Source of the DNA: Rotaria socialis
Lineage: Eukaryota
DNA: 64,000 bases
Reading direction: 5' to 3'
NCBI GenBank assembly: GCA_905331295.1
Contig: CAJNYD010000373.1
Location: 1-64,000, forward strand
In this document: positions 13,342-26,800 of the stretch, one piece after another
Layout of the letters: every line of letters starts with the position of its first letter
Position numbering within the stretch: position 1 is the stretch's first letter
Notes under the pieces: model-generated
Databases searched by the model: none
Told to the model about the DNA's origin: nothing
What the model saw: only the letters and a program-made list of their open reading frames with translations
Made by a program: the position numbers and the translations under genes

Positions 13342-13851
13342 TTTTTGTGTACTCACTTTTTGAGTACACTCTAGAATCAGGCATTGTGTCCGTCGGGCCG
13401 GCCGCAAGCACGATAACTTTCGAAAGGAGAGTCAGATCGTGATGAAATTTTCCACACAGTTCAATCTCATGAATATCTCGGTCGAGTTCGAAGATGAGAA
13501 GAATCCCTCAAGAAATGGTTGAGTTATCACCAGGCCATCCCTGAGAAGGAGTACAGGGATTTTTTTTCAAAAAACAAATTTTTCTCAGAATTATACACAA
13601 CATGTATAACTCGACTCAGTTTTTAACGCTGATTCCGAATCTGATATTAGTTTTGAACTAAATCGTACCGTTCTAACGAAACATCGCCTGAAAAACGTCT
13701 CAAAACGCACAAAAACTGCATCCAAAAATCAAATTGCCTAGTTTCTCATGATAATTTTGGTGTTCAGACATTCTAGAATGACTCATATGTCCCATGCACT
13801 TTTTGCAGTACACATAACTCTCGGATAAAATCCGAAGTTTGCACATTTATT
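13342..13851 (+). mobile_element. Helentron-associated / DINE-1-like non-autonomous element, copy 1
   Basis: 5' T-run plus hairpin GTGTACTCA-ctttt-TGAGTACAC (13347-13369), then a GTCCGTC motif. At the 3' end: subterminal inverted copy AGTACACA (13807-13814), stem-loop TCGGAT-aaa-ATCCGA (13821-13835) and a T-rich end. No TSD. Homologous to 32228-32631. Confidence 0.8.
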
Positions 13852-14426
13852 AACTATGAATATCATGCATTAACATGATAGAAGAAAGAAACAGTTGATT
13901 GGTAAAGATCCCAATGAAACTATTATGTATGTCTATGAAAAATCTGTACAGTTTCTAATCAAAACTGTGATTTTTTTGTATTGAAAAAACTTTTGATCAT
14001 CTTGATAACATCTCTTTTATGTTTTATGAATAGATTTATTTGAATTGATTTTGATAATAATCATTCTATGACTCCATTTATCACATTTTTATTGTATGAA
14101 TTATTTTAACAATAAGTAACGTGCGTCCTCTACGTGTCATACGTTGTTGACCAATCGTAGTTATTATCTCTTAACCATTTCCTATTCGAAATAGATCACC
14201 ACTGGTACGAGACCTCTATTCGAAAGATTCATCATTTGTACATCTCTTATTTTTTTTTACATTTCATAGCAATAAATATTTAACCAATTAATTGATTGAT
14301 TTTTGTTTCAAGAAAAACATTCGCACCTTTGGATAAACAATTCACAATACGACGGATATTGTATTTTGAGCAAGTTTTCAAAGAAAATAACTAGAAAATA
14401 AATTAAAACATTTTCTATTTAGTTAA

Positions 14427-16646
14427 ATGATCTTAAATCATATTAAAAATAGTTCAACGTGCGGTCGAAAACCGCAAACAGCTGTGAAACACACAATCGA
14501 TCGACCAAAAACTAAAACTTGGTACAATGATAATAGTATTACTCATCGAAATCATTCATATTCTTCACAATCAGTCACTACCAACAATCAATTTATAAAT
14601 GAAGATAATTCTTGGTTAAAATTTTCAACAGCATTGTTCGATGATACACCTGAATTAGAATTAGCATGTGAAGAAGAAATGCTCAGTGAAAGTCAATTAC
14701 AAAGTTATCCAACACAAGTAAAGAGTTTTAGTGTAAAAATGTTGTTTTTTGAAATTTATTTTCAGGCATATGATCCAACTGCTCCACTACCATTACCAGC
14801 TGTTCGTAAGCGTACATCAGTATTGAAAAAATTAACAACACCAGATATTGAAATTCTTCACGATCCTGATGAAGATTTTATACCTAGTGAATCGGATGAC
14901 GATGATGATGAAAATTATTTGCCAGAACATGATCGACGTCCATATAATCGTACTAGTCATGTCAATGGTAGTGTTGGTCGAGGTAAGAAAAATAGTTTAG
15001 ACTCTAAGAAAAAGATTTTCTAATTTGTCTGTCCTAAAAAAACAAAAACAGGTCGCGGACGTGGTGGACGTGGTCATCATTTAACTTCGACAAATAGTCG
15101 ATTACCACCTTCAACTCATTTTGTTCGGCCACAACCTGAAATAAATTCTCATGCACGTTCAAAACTTCATTCATCATCTTCTATTACGGATAATCATCGT
15201 CATCATAATAGAGACTCATTTGACATTGAACTTGAACGTAGTTATGCTAATGCATTATTACGTTATTATGGTACTCGTAATGGACAAACAATTAACTCGA
15301 GTGATTATGGAGATTATCGTATTAGTATGTTTACTTTTATTTGTATATTTATTTCGACAATGAAAGAAATTTCTATTTTCATTAGAATGTTCTATATGTG
15401 GTGAACAGTCATTAAATAATATGTCATTTATAGCACATTTATGTTCACATTTTGAAGATGATCTTAACTATATAAGTCCATTTGATAAAATCTATCGTCG
15501 ATGTTCAGTATGTCATGATGAATTTTCAACACCATTTCAAACATTACTACACAAAGACCAAGAACATATGATTGAAATCAATGAATTTCGTTGTCGAATT
15601 TGTCAACAAAATCATCATAGTTTAATAGATCTATTTACTCATTTAAATTATACCCATATCGGTCTTGATATGCCATATATATGTGATAGATGTAATTATC
15701 GAACATCAATGTATGAAGATATGGCTTATCATATTCGACAAGTAATTTTTGTCTTTTAATCCTAGTTTATCAAACACGATCAAAAAGAAGTATTGCACTA
15801 TATTTGGATCCTTTCTTACACAAATCGTATATCAGCAGTAAAGTCTCGTTCGAATATTTATATTTAGTAACTATGTTCATATTATATTTCTCAAGGATTA
15901 TTAAGAATGTGTAAAACTAAGTTTCATACAGTTCGAAACGAAAACAACCTCCGTTAGTTTAAGCTGAACAACTAAATCCTAGTTTCCAACTAGACTTGAT
16001 TTAACATCTTTTATTTACACTTTTGTTTTTTCCCTATAGGTACATAAGGGAACACAATATTTTTTTTGTCCATACTGTTTTCAATCAGTATTATTACCAA
16101 CAATATCAAATACAAATATTCTTAATTCAACGCCAGCTTTTCGTCATGTTATACTTCATTTTGATAGAATTGAAAATAGTAATAATAAACAACAACGTCG
16201 TATTGAATCATTATTTAAATTTTGTAATCGATGTACACTTCATGTTAAATCACTTAAAGAACATTATAATTATCATCATTCATTGAATATAAATAATGAT
16301 GAGAAAAAATCATATTCGAATTCTGAAGAGAATAATTTATTGGAATTAAAAAGAAATAGTTATCAACAAATGGATGATTGTAAATTGATTAGAAAAAATA
16401 TGTTTTTTGTTTTTGAATCATACATTTGTTTGTGTCTTTTTTAGCGTATAATCATCGATTTTATCCGCTAAAATTTGATCGAACGAAACAATTACCGATG
16501 GCAACTATACGACGTCGGCAAACAGCCTCAAACAATTATGAACAGGTTCGATTACTGAAAACAAATCCTATTTTTATCGTAAATGTGAATAGGTTTTTCG
16601 TCTATTTTAGGTTCATATGAATAATCGATGGTATTCTCGCCGGTGA
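14427..16646 (+). CDS. POGZ/ZNF280-like C2H2 zinc-finger protein (paralogue A, no THAP), multi-exon
   Basis: Finger array CSICGE..HLCSH, CSVCH..HKDQEH, CRICQ..HLNYTH, and MPYICDRCNYRTSMYEDMAYHIRQ|VHKGTQYFFCPYCF matching the POGZ/ZNF280 MPYVCQVC.YRSS....H....H.....CPYC pattern. Last small exons inferred from GT-AG sites. Confidence 0.8.
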
Positions 16647-18252
16647 TTTGATAAACAGGAACTGATCTATATCTTGCATGTCTTAGCTACATGACTGGAT
16701 GTGATTTTCTATACTCATATCAAGTATGTTGCTTTGCTTGAACAAAAAGTTTCATCTTGATCTCAAAACTTTCGTTTTCTTTTTTTTTTGAAATTCATAA
16801 TAGTATATTTTCATGATGTTGATAATAAAACTTTTCTAAATTGTTGTTAAAAAAATAGCATGCATTTCTTGTACAAAAAATTTTTTAATCATAGATTTAA
16901 GCCAATATTTGTTATCGCTATGTAGAGCAAGAATTGTTAGAAGAACTTATGGTATTCATATCGTTATTTGTGAATGACTTCGTAAGGTCAGAACGAGACA
17001 ACTGTTATCTTATGTAATTTGTTATTCTATAGAATTAATATTAAAAATCTACATATATTAGTAGCAGCAGCCAAAGAAGCATGCATTTTGTTTTTTTGAT
17101 ATTTTGTTTATGAAGTTCTTGTTGTAGACGAATAATCAAGAACACAAGGACATATTGTCACAATCTACATAAGGTTTCCTAAAACTACAGAATTCTTTTT
17201 TCATTGTGAGAAACGTAAGAATACTGTCTTGTCTTCTGTTATATATAATACAAGATGAATAATCAAGCGAATTGAACATGAATAATGGATCCTCTTTTTA
17301 CGAGCTGTAATATAGATTTTTATCAAATTACATCTGATTTCTTTATTCGTTAGAAGTTATTGAATCAAAGATGAAAATATTTTGGTGAATTTCTCATTAG
17401 CTAAATTTTTAATAGATATGATAAGGTGCAGATATTTCTCAAAATCGATACTTACTAGTTAATAGTCTTTGATCGATGGATTCTTAAATTTAAATGCTTG
17501 TTTCGAATAGAAACAATTCAAGGTTATGCAGATGAAAAGTTTAGAACCAAAGACTACAACTGAGTTTTTCTAGTCGAACGATACCATTCTGTGTAAAAAT
17601 GCAATAACTCAAGTTCATATACATAGATTTCCTTTCAAAACGACTAGATATGAAGGTAGTCCGTTACAACCTTTAGATTGCAATGTAGTATGTTCAATTT
17701 TAATGCGGTAGATATTATGCTAACAACTTTCCTATCTCAAATTGCTAATTATCTATTCTCATGAGTTTATATTTTCTCACGCAATTCATCGATATAATTT
17801 GAAAAAGCTACTCTTAGAAAATTAATTGCCAATCGATATATTTCTATTTTTCTATTGTAGGAATTCATCCTTCTCCTTCATTTTATCGCATTCAAAACCT
17901 GTTTTTTTTGTTACTGTACATTGATTGTTTGTTTGTTCTTTTGTACTTTATGATTTGTTTCTTTTCTCTTGTATTGTCAAGCAAAATTATTTGCTGTGCA
18001 AATGATGTTCTATGTGATAATCAAAAGAAGACGAGAAAAAAAGACAGGCGCAAAGTTATATTCTGCAAAGACGAAAAAAGAAAAACGATAAATGTCATAA
18101 CACCTATACGCATACATAAACACACAAACAGTGTCCGATCTACAAGACCGAACCGACAGGAGAGAAGAGTAATGACGAAAAAAAGATAAACAGGAATAGT
18201 AAATGTACATAAAAGAAAAAGAAAAGAAAAGAAAAACAAACAGACGAACATC

Positions 18253-21200
18253 TTATCCACTTTTTGCCGGTGTCACATATCTTGCTGTTGATGATTTATC
18301 GATTGATAACGACGACGTATCCATCATCGAATCATCATATTGCTCACCTTCGTCACTTTGTTTCTCTACTAAAAAAAAGACAAGCAAAACAAACAGTTGA
18401 GATTTTAATAAGAAAAATAAAATAAGAATTATTTACAATTTTCATCTTCATCATAATATGTTGCTTTAATACCATCGACAATATTTAAATGATCACGTTG
18501 TAAATGATCTTTCATTGATGAAACATGTAAAACACATTTTCTACAATGTTTAAATTTTGATTGTATTGTACGTCCTTGATCGACTTTATTAAAATGCAAT
18601 AATAAATGTTTATAAGCTAATGTTCCATTAAGTATAGTCGATGAATTTGTTATAAATGGTAATTCAATACCAATAAAACAATACGGACAAAAGAAATATC
18701 TTGTACTTTTATGTACTTCATCAATATGATAAATCATATCGGCTTGCATTGATGTACGAAATGAACATACTTCACAAAAATATGGCATTTCTAAACCACA
18801 ATGACATAAATTTAAATGTGCGATTAATTCTAATAATGATGTATGACGTTGTTCACATATACGACAACGATATTCATTCATTTCAAGCATATGTTTATCA
18901 TCGATATGTATAGCAAGAAAGTATGGATTGGAAAATTCGGATTGACAATGTGAACATTTTGTATTAATTTGTTCAAATGGTGAATTTGTATTTGGTTGAA
19001 ATTGTTGCTCATTGTTATTGTTGTTATTATTATTATTATTGTTGTTTTGTTGTTGATCAAAATGTTGACAAAGATGTGTAATTAATTGAATATTATTATC
19101 AAATAGAAGATTTTCACACATAGGACACTAAAATAATCTTGTACATGTTAATTATGAAATGAAAGATTTAATATATATTTTTCTAAATTAAATCGGTCTA
19201 TTTACTTGACTACGGAAATCACCATAATCGGATAATGGCAAATTTCGACCGGGTTTTTGACCATAATATTTCGATAGAGCTCGTTTATATGTGTGTTCTA
19301 CAATGAAGAAAAGGAAAGAAAAAAAAACAAATGAGTCATTCAAATAAGAAGAACACGTACCGAGCTCAACTTCAAGACCTTCTTCTATTAAATAAAATAG
19401 AAGATTTATTTTTAAAAGATTAGAAAATTAACTATAAAATTCACCTCGAGTTCTAACAGTACCAGGCTTAAGACGAGGTAATGGTTGATCACGTGGATAT
19501 TGTGTTGTAGCATTTGGTGCAAAAGCTGGTTGAAGAAATGGTATTGTTGCTTTACGTGTTGGTTCTGGTTTAACAAATTGCGTTTGATAAAATTGTCCAC
19601 GATTTTGTCGTTGTTGATTATTATTTGTCTGGCGCTGTTCTTGTTGTTGGAAAGATACTGGTTGTCGAACATTTCGATACGAATTCGTATTATTATTAGC
19701 GGTGGTGGTGGTAGTGGTAGTAGTAGTATTATTATTATTACGTTGATAGTTTGATGAATAATTATTAACAGTTGAATTATTTCGTTTTGACCATGGTAAA
19801 CGATCATCTTGCTGGCGATTAAGCCAATCACGATCACGTGTTGTATCATCATGATCATATTCGTCAGCATTCCAATCATCGTATTCCTCAAATTCATTTG
19901 GATCATCTTCAACATAATTTGAACGATAGTTTGAACGACGTGCTATCGAATTATTCATCGGTGTTGAGACTGTTGCTGTTGTCGATGATGGTTCACGTGG
20001 ATGTATACGAGGACGACCAACAGGATTACGTGGCTTTGGTGTTGTACCGTTAGTTGTATCTGTTCGATCGAGAGCCTAATTTAAAGCAAATCAAAGAATA
20101 ATAGATAGTTAAATAGAATTCGAAATATTTTATTTACTTTAACAGGACAATGTACTAATTGTGCTTCAGTTAATTGTTCTTCCATACAATTCATATTTAA
20201 TTCCATATCAATTGATTGTTTTGAGTCATTCAATATTTGTTTATTTTCATCAAAATTTTCACGCGTTGGCGATGGTGAAAGCATTTGTGGTTCATGAGAA
20301 TATTGCTTATTGTTATTATTATTTCTATAAGGTGTTTGCATGCGTTTATTATTCGTATTATTATTATTATTATTATTATTGTTGTTGTTGTTGTTGTTGA
20401 TGCTGCTGCTACTGCTGCTGTTATTAGTCATTGGTGCTGTTTGTTTAGCACGTATGCTAGCCATATCAGATCGAAAACGTTTTGCAGGTGAGTTCGAATC
20501 AATTAAATTATTTTTATCCATAAGTGAACGTGAATATGTTGTAAAAAGGGATGGTAGAGCATCGGGACGCAATGTGGTTGGTCCTTCAAAATCATTTTGA
20601 GTAAAATGTTCTCGGCAAACTTTAAATGTTGAAGTTGATGCTGATACTGGGATATTTTCATAACCACATGCGTCAAGCCATTTACGAGCTATTGTAGGAT
20701 CACGTGGTATTTTATATAATTGTACACGATGGCGACGTGCAACATAATTATGTGCACAGCCTTCTACGTGACAACGACTCGATGCTTTACTTTCGAACTA
20801 AAATTCATAGTAAAATATTTATAACATGAAAATTATTCACAAGAAAATCTCTCCAATTTATAAATCATTTCCAAGACAAAATTACATGCATCATATAGAT
20901 TTCAATTGTAATCGATAAAAAAAGAAAGTTTCAGATCTCATACTATTCTTTTAGCTTGATATACAAGCACAAAAATCTATCAATTTAAAAGACACAAGCT
21001 TACCATCGTTAACTCGCACGATACAAATAATGAAGAAAAGATCTGAAATACTCACAAAAAATCTTTTGTTGTTAAGGATTATATGGATGAAAATTTAGAA
21101 ATCAGCTTTTTATTAAATAATACTGTAAAACTGTGATCTATTCATAATTATGAGATAAAAACAGGCACTCTTTTCTGGGTATTCATAACTCAATTGAATC

Positions 21201-21913
21201 TATATAATGCACATAATCTCTAAATTGAAATCAATTTCTTGATTTGACTAGTTTCCTTGTCAATCTTATTTTGTACAAAAAGTTTTCTTACACTCTCATG
21301 TTGATTTAATGCTGGTTTATTCACAATAAATGATGATTGATTTTTAATATTTGTATTATCATTTTGTTCTTGTGGAGAATTACTAGATGTTTGTGTTGGT
21401 GCTAAACGTGTTTTAACATGACCACTTTCAAGATTCATTTTTAATATTGGTTCTAATGTTCTACCATCTAAATCAGGATTACTTGTGTGAAAAGTAATAT
21501 TAGTTTTTTTAATAGATTTATTTGACTCTTGTAATTTATCTTGATATGCAATCATTTTATAGAAAACTTCTAAATCAAATAATGTTGGTAATGACTTTGG
21601 CTTAAGTACTTTAGTATTATTTCCAACATAATCAAAACATGGTTCTTCAAAATGCTGTTCACAAATACGATGCGTATGAGATGGTGTCAAATCAGTACGC
21701 ATCGTATTTTTGTACCAGGCTGCTGCAATACTTGTAATATGCACTGGTACAGCAAAATATTGTACAGATGGATTTGTTTGAATTCCGTTTGGACATCCTT
21801 GTACAATACAAATTGGTTCATTATTATTAAAATGTGCCCTAAGATGATAATGAAAATATTCGTTTTATTTTTACTTAATGGTAACTAAAGGCGGCGACCA
21901 TTTCGACTTACAT
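18253..21913 (-). CDS. Double-THAP plus POGZ/ZNF280-like C2H2 zinc-finger protein (paralogue B), multi-exon
   Basis: THAP1 CIVQGC..P..W..ICEQHF..LKPKSLPTLF at about 21810-21575. THAP2 CHVEGC..IP..KW..VCREHF..LRPDALPSLF at about 20775-20543. Asn/Gln-rich linker. Finger array with MPYFCEVCSFRTS..HIDEVH..CPYC at about 19130-18480. Confidence 0.85.
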
Positions 21914-22573
21914 CCCACCTCGTTGTTGCTACTTCGTTACAACAACGAATAGTAAATTAGAACTAGCAGTGGACACTGGCGTGCTCCGTCGGTGATGCAG
22001 AAGCGGCGGCGCAAGGGAAATATGCAACGATGGGGGAATGAATGGCGACACCAATATAGAGGCACTGATACGTCGAGTAAATGTGGATGTTAAACGGCGA
22101 CGAGGGGACGACGACGATAGACACTCGTACACAGAGCAGAATGAAAGAAATAGAAAAAAAGAGAGGAAAAAAAGAGAAACAAATAAGCAGACGAACAAGA
22201 ACAACACGATTTTTCTTCTCGCATTTTTTTCTTTTTGCGTTCTTCTGAATTGAGCTGAGAGAAATAATGATGTCGAACTAACGGACGGACGCGTTTAGGT
22301 ACAAACAAAGCTATTGTATGAACTTTATATCATACATCGTTATACTGAACATCATAAACTAATTAATTAAAGTATGGTTTAATCAATGTTTATTGGTTAA
22401 ATAAAACCAACGAAGAAATCGCTCAAATGATTTTTTTTTGCCATCTAGACGTCGGATTGACAAAAGCAAAAAGAGCAATCTCATGTGATATGTGTATTTT
22501 AAGATAAGAATCGAAATAAACAACACAAAAAAAATTGTGTTCCTGCGAAAAAAACAACATGGCCGCATATGTA

Positions 22574-23601
22574 TTATTCGTTATCAATTGATATCGAGTC
22601 AAAATATTTAACATAGTTCAGTAGTAGTGGAACAATATAGTCAGGCATGATTGTTCGTAACCAATTGAGAAATAAAGTTTCATTTCTATCAAATAATTGA
22701 TAGACGCTGAGAAGAGTTTGCTTCGTTAGATGATTGCATTCAAGAATTCGACAACATTCTTCATTGATACAGTCGTTAGTGGATTTCGATGATGATTTGA
22801 ATAAATTAAAAACACGACGAAGCTTATCAAGAAAAGAACTCAATATTGTTGGCTTTGATAATGTAGATGTTTGAGAAGGATTTTTTTGTTGGGCAATTAA
22901 TTCAGTCAGATTATTAATAGAAGTTTTTAAATCTTGAATGTTTTGATTTATGGGTAATATTGATGGGCTTCTTTTACGGTATTGTAGAGCATCTGATGGA
23001 GGGAAAAAAATAATCATTAAGAAAACCTTAAGATCATAGAGATGTATTCATTAAATATTGTACTTGCAGATTTATAGTTATATTTCAATTTTTTTTCTGA
23101 TTCCACGGACGAAAACGTTTGTTCAGTTATTTCACTTTCATTCATATGCGATAATGTTGAAAGAGATGAAGACGAGGCTTGATCATCAAAATCATGATTA
23201 CGAATGTAATGACTGTTTGCATTTGTAGTTGAATCAAATCTTTTTCTTTTCTGTATCGGACTCAATCGACCGGATGACGATGAAATACTTCGTTTTATGC
23301 TTGGAGTTGAATTTATAGAATCATATCTTTTTGTATTCATCATTTTCTCATGGTTTTTCTTCTTTTTATAACATTGAATACGACAATCAACTTGAAGTTT
23401 ACTTAGACAACATGTATCTGAAGTTTTTATTAATCCATTCTCTTTTACATCTGTGTCATGAGAAAGAAAATTATTGAATTTTGGATGAAGTAAATTTTTA
23501 GCATCACATGGACAACACGATGTACATGTTCGATGATTTGTTAAAGATTTATTTGAAAAAAATAGAGAGGAATTATTTTTATTTTCGTTGAACCAACTCA
23601 T
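22574..23601 (-). CDS. Orphan protein, 2 exons, head-to-head with MCM8
   Basis: Two abutting long ORFs (194 and 147 aa) joinable by a short intron at about 23065-22993. Contains Cys clusters, basic NLS-like tracts (KKKK, KRKR) and a helical C-terminus. No family recognised. Confidence 0.6.
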
Positions 23602-23843
23602 TCGAAAAAAGTTTTATTTTACAATTCAATAGAAAACAAATATATACATTATTGATATTTGGCGCTCTAACGATATCGAAACTAAGTAGCTAGACGTTTA
23701 ACGATATTTCGATATGATCACGTTTATTTTTTTCATTCTGTATGTATTTGTGAAACAATCGATTAACGTATCGCCTATGTTTCGCTGTTAGATTATTAGT
23801 GATTTGAATTCTCTCTTTTAGATTAATTCGCTTGTTCATTTTT

Positions 23844-26800
23844 ATGGCCCCAGGAGCGAAAAAACCACAACAAGGCCAACAAAATGGACAGAAAAAGAAA
23901 GGATATAATCCTTACAATAATAAATTTAAAAATCGATTTTGGAAAAAGAAAAAAAAAGATAATGAAAATTCCGAAAAACCGAATGATACAGGACCTCCTA
24001 ATCAAAATAATTCTCATATAGAACTTTCAAGTTCAATTAAAATTGTACAAACACCCATTAGTGAGTTGTCACATGAAAGGTTTGGTTTTGAAATTTTTGT
24101 TTTCTTTATCTAGCGACGTATATTGATGTTGGTGAACGACCAGCACGCTATCGTGGCTGGTCACTTTATTTTCCTGATACAGGTCTATTTTATGAATAGA
24201 ATTTTGCGGCTACAGAAATAGATAAATGTTTTATTTTTCTAGACAAAGAATCTGATCCAAGTTATTTATCCGTTTGTCAATTATTTGAAGATTATTTTAA
24301 ACGAATGAAAAATCAATATGATTTTGTATGTATATTAATTACAATTACAATTAGAATAGAATCGAAAATTTTTGATTTATTTTTCTAGTCTGAAATCGAA
24401 CAAAAACAATCCTTTTCTATTAACTATCATGAAGTACTTGAAGATTCAGGTAACGAACATAGAGGAATGTGTATTTTTTTGTTCAACAATTGATAGTGTT
24501 TATGAAAATATCAAAACACTGTAAATCCATAATAATATAAAATCTACACATTTCTAATTAAATACGATGGATGTAAACAAGGAAATTTCTTCTTTAAATA
24601 GCTTTTCAAGATAAAAAGCCAACTTGGAGTTTATTCTTTTCTGATCAAAACGAAACAACCATGCGTGTCATTGGATTAGCCATGCATCAAGTATAGAATA
24701 AGGGTTTTATTTTGATGAAATAAGACGAAAATAAAATTGATTGAATTTTTTAGTGTATTATTGATGAACAAGAAGAAAAAGATCGAGTAGCTGCTAGTGA
24801 ATGTCAGCATCCAACAGTACCGCTTATTGACCTTCCAATAATTCATGCACGTTTAGTTAATTTTACGCCAATGATTCGATTAAAAGATGTTAAAGCTCAA
24901 GCTTTTGGTTAAATATGTTTTATTTTACTTGTATCAAACAAAAATCATTGTCAATCATTTAGGTAAATTCGTATCGATTCGTGGTGTCGTTGTACGAGTA
25001 AGTAATTCTCAATGTTTGGTGATTCGCCTTGCATACGAATGTTCAACATGTCGACAAACATTTGGTGTAACATGTGAAAATGGTAAACATACAGAGCCCG
25101 AACGTTGTCCTACACCTGGTTGTAATGGCCGATCATTTGTTCAACAACGTTCTCATCCATTAACAACCATCATCGATTGGCAAACAATACGGTTTGAATG
25201 CTTTCTTTCTCTCGTTAAAATTTTGATCGAAAAAGTATTTTCATATCTCTAGACTGCAAGAAGTTGCTTCAGAAGCATCACGAGCGCCTGGTCGTATTCC
25301 TCAAACAATTGAATGTGAACTGACAAATGACCTAGTTAATAGTGCTATTCCCGGCGATGTTGTAGTTGTTTCTGGTGTCGTAAAGTTAATGGTAGATGAA
25401 AATGGTATGAAACATGAAAATTTTGTTCCGTCAAAAATAGTAGTTAGAAACCATCACAAAATTAGAACGAGTTAGAGCAGTTCTTGGATCTAGTTCTGAG
25501 TCCTTAAAGGATCGATTATAGACCGTGAAAGATGTTTTTGATATCGAATCAAAGATAATGCTGAAAAAATACCATCTTTTTTCTTTTTCGTAGTTACATC
25601 GTGTGTAAGCATTTTTATTTGGAAGACATCATGCTAACAGTATTTTATTTTATTTTGAGGTGGTGGCGGTGGACGTAAACTATCGGATCAATCGCTACTT
25701 CAAGTTTATATTGATGTTAATTCAGTTGTTAATCAACGATTAAATACTTCTGATCCAGCCTCAGGCGGTAGCAGTTTAATGAATACAATGGACTTTTCTT
25801 TATTTGATTTATATGGTATTCAACAAATTCAACAGCAAAAAGATGTTCTAAAGTAAATCAAATCATCTTTATCAATAGATGATTTTTGACGTGGATTTAT
25901 TTATTTATTTATTTATTCTTATGGTGATAGACTTCTAGTTCATTCACTTTGTCCAAGTATATATGGACATGAACTGGTAAAAGCAGCATTATTAATGGCT
26001 TTATTTGGTGGATTAGTACGAGGCGAAGATAGTGCCGTAAGTTAGTAAAAAAATGAATTACAATGTTTGGTTTTTGTTCTTATTGGTTGTAGTCACATAT
26101 TCCAATACGTTCTGATCCACATATATTAATTGTTGGTGATCCAGGTCTTGGCAAAAGTCAATTGCTACATGGTTGTGTTAATGTTGCACCACGAGGTAAA
26201 TAAATAGAAACAATATTATCAATATTATTTTGATTTGTATTGAAATTAAAAACAAAATCTACAGGTGTATATGTCTGTGGTACAAGTTCGACTCAGTCTG
26301 GTCTTACAGTTACGTTACATAAAGATAAAGATGGAGAAATGATGCTCGATGCTGGCGCACTTGTTATGGCTCATCAAGGTTGCTGTTGTATTGATGAATT
26401 CGATAAAATGGTAACTCAACAGCAAGTATTACTTGAAGCTATGGAGCAACAATGTGTTTCTATTGCGAAAGGTGGTATTATGGCTAGTATACCAGCGCGA
26501 ACTTGTGTTATTGCTGCTGCAAATCCAGTCGGTGGACATTATAATAAGGCAAAAACAGTATCGGAAAATTTAAAGTAATTCTTTTTTTATGTTCATATTT
26601 TTGAAAGATTCTTTTGTTTTTATTGGCTAAAGATTGAAAGGACCAATTTTGAGTCGGTTCGATCTTGTTTTTATTCTTATTGATCGAGCTGACGATGAAC
26701 TTGACTATCGTTTATCTGAACATGTTCTTGCTCAACATAATCGTTCAGCTCGTTCATCACATAATAATACAACAATGAGTTTAAATCGAACAGTGAACGA

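Noticed and set aside
17908..18260. Several overlapping short ORFs
   Set aside because: Low-complexity A/T-rich 3' UTR of the THAP gene with no coding signature.
20161..20600. Plus-strand ORFs with poly-Leu, poly-Ile, poly-Tyr and poly-Cys
   Set aside because: Antisense shadows of the poly-Asn (AAT/AAC) codons of the THAP gene.
18253..21913. THAP gene as an autonomous P-element or pogo transposon
   Set aside because: No DDE/RNase H catalytic region, TIRs or TSD seen. It has multiple introns and a host-type paralogue.
21929..22308. ORFs in the GC-richer patch upstream of the THAP gene
   Set aside because: Best explained as 5' UTR and promoter. An in-frame stop precedes the real start.
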